Part shown: in pieces, positions 43,794-43,878 of the stretch
Layout of the letters: every line of letters begins with the position of its first letter
Position numbering within the stretch: position 1 is the first letter of the stretch
IMG/VR virus record: IMGVR_UViG_3300021066_000032
Coordinates: 1 to 43,878 of that record
Strand: one strand, 5' to 3'
From: a virus
Lineage: Duplodnaviria > Caudoviricetes
Length of the DNA: 43,878 nucleotides
Notes under the pieces: model-generated
Told to the model about the DNA's origin: nothing
Databases searched by the model: none
Seen by the model: only the letters and a program-made list of their open reading frames with translations
Position numbers and translations under genes: made by a program

Positions 43794-43878
43794 TTACTTC
43801 CCCCCCAATCTATCCAGAGCTTCCGGGGGTTGGGCTTTGGCGAGTGCCAATTGGGCGCGGTGCAAGGTGACCCGCGCC
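43753..43878 (+). repeat. Terminal direct repeat, copy 2
   Basis: Identical to 9-134. Confidence 0.95.

Larger units (their letters stand above)
1..43878. mobile_element. Complete temperate podovirus-like phage genome (P22-like organisation)
   Basis: Integrase and attP, repressor/cro, terminase, portal, capsid, ejection proteins and lysis genes present; no tape measure or sheath gene recognised; circular overlap. Confidence 0.93.

Overview
The window is an apparently complete, circularly permuted genome of a temperate, GC-rich, podovirus-like phage of about 43.7 kb. Bases 9-134 are repeated exactly at 43753-43878, and no host DNA is evident. The host is probably an alphaproteobacterium, possibly Caulobacteraceae; this is inferred from promoter and gene-junction style only. 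The layout is lambdoid/P22-like. (1) Immunity region with two mirror-image promoter/operator blocks flanking a DUF3761 secreted-protein gene and a CI-like repressor, followed by cro. (2) Rightward early/replication genes: RusA, a DnaA-C-like HTH, an initiator with internal iterons, and a late regulator. (3) Packaging and head genes: TerS, a TerL split into two translationally coupled ORFs, P22-like portal, scaffold and DUF5309-type capsid. (4) Short-tail and ejection genes plus two SGNH-esterase spike proteins. (5) A lysis cassette with an HslV/proteasome-beta-like protease between the amidase and Rz/Rz1, followed by a GH16 glycanase. (6) A passenger-carrying IS1595 element. (7) An accessory module containing a ~140-nt tRNA-mimic RNA with its own promoter. 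(8) attP (3' end of a tRNA-Glu), a tyrosine integrase, and the leftward early operon (HNH, NDT-like, NinB, Rad52/Sak-like). The strongest candidates for undescribed biology are the tRNA-like ncRNA with a branched insert in place of the anticodon arm and its convergent 30-aa hydrophobic ORF, the lysis-embedded Ntn protease, the split terminase, the IS1595 cargo, and shared boundary sequences around small accessory genes. All protein calls come from motif recognition by eye; no database searches were run.
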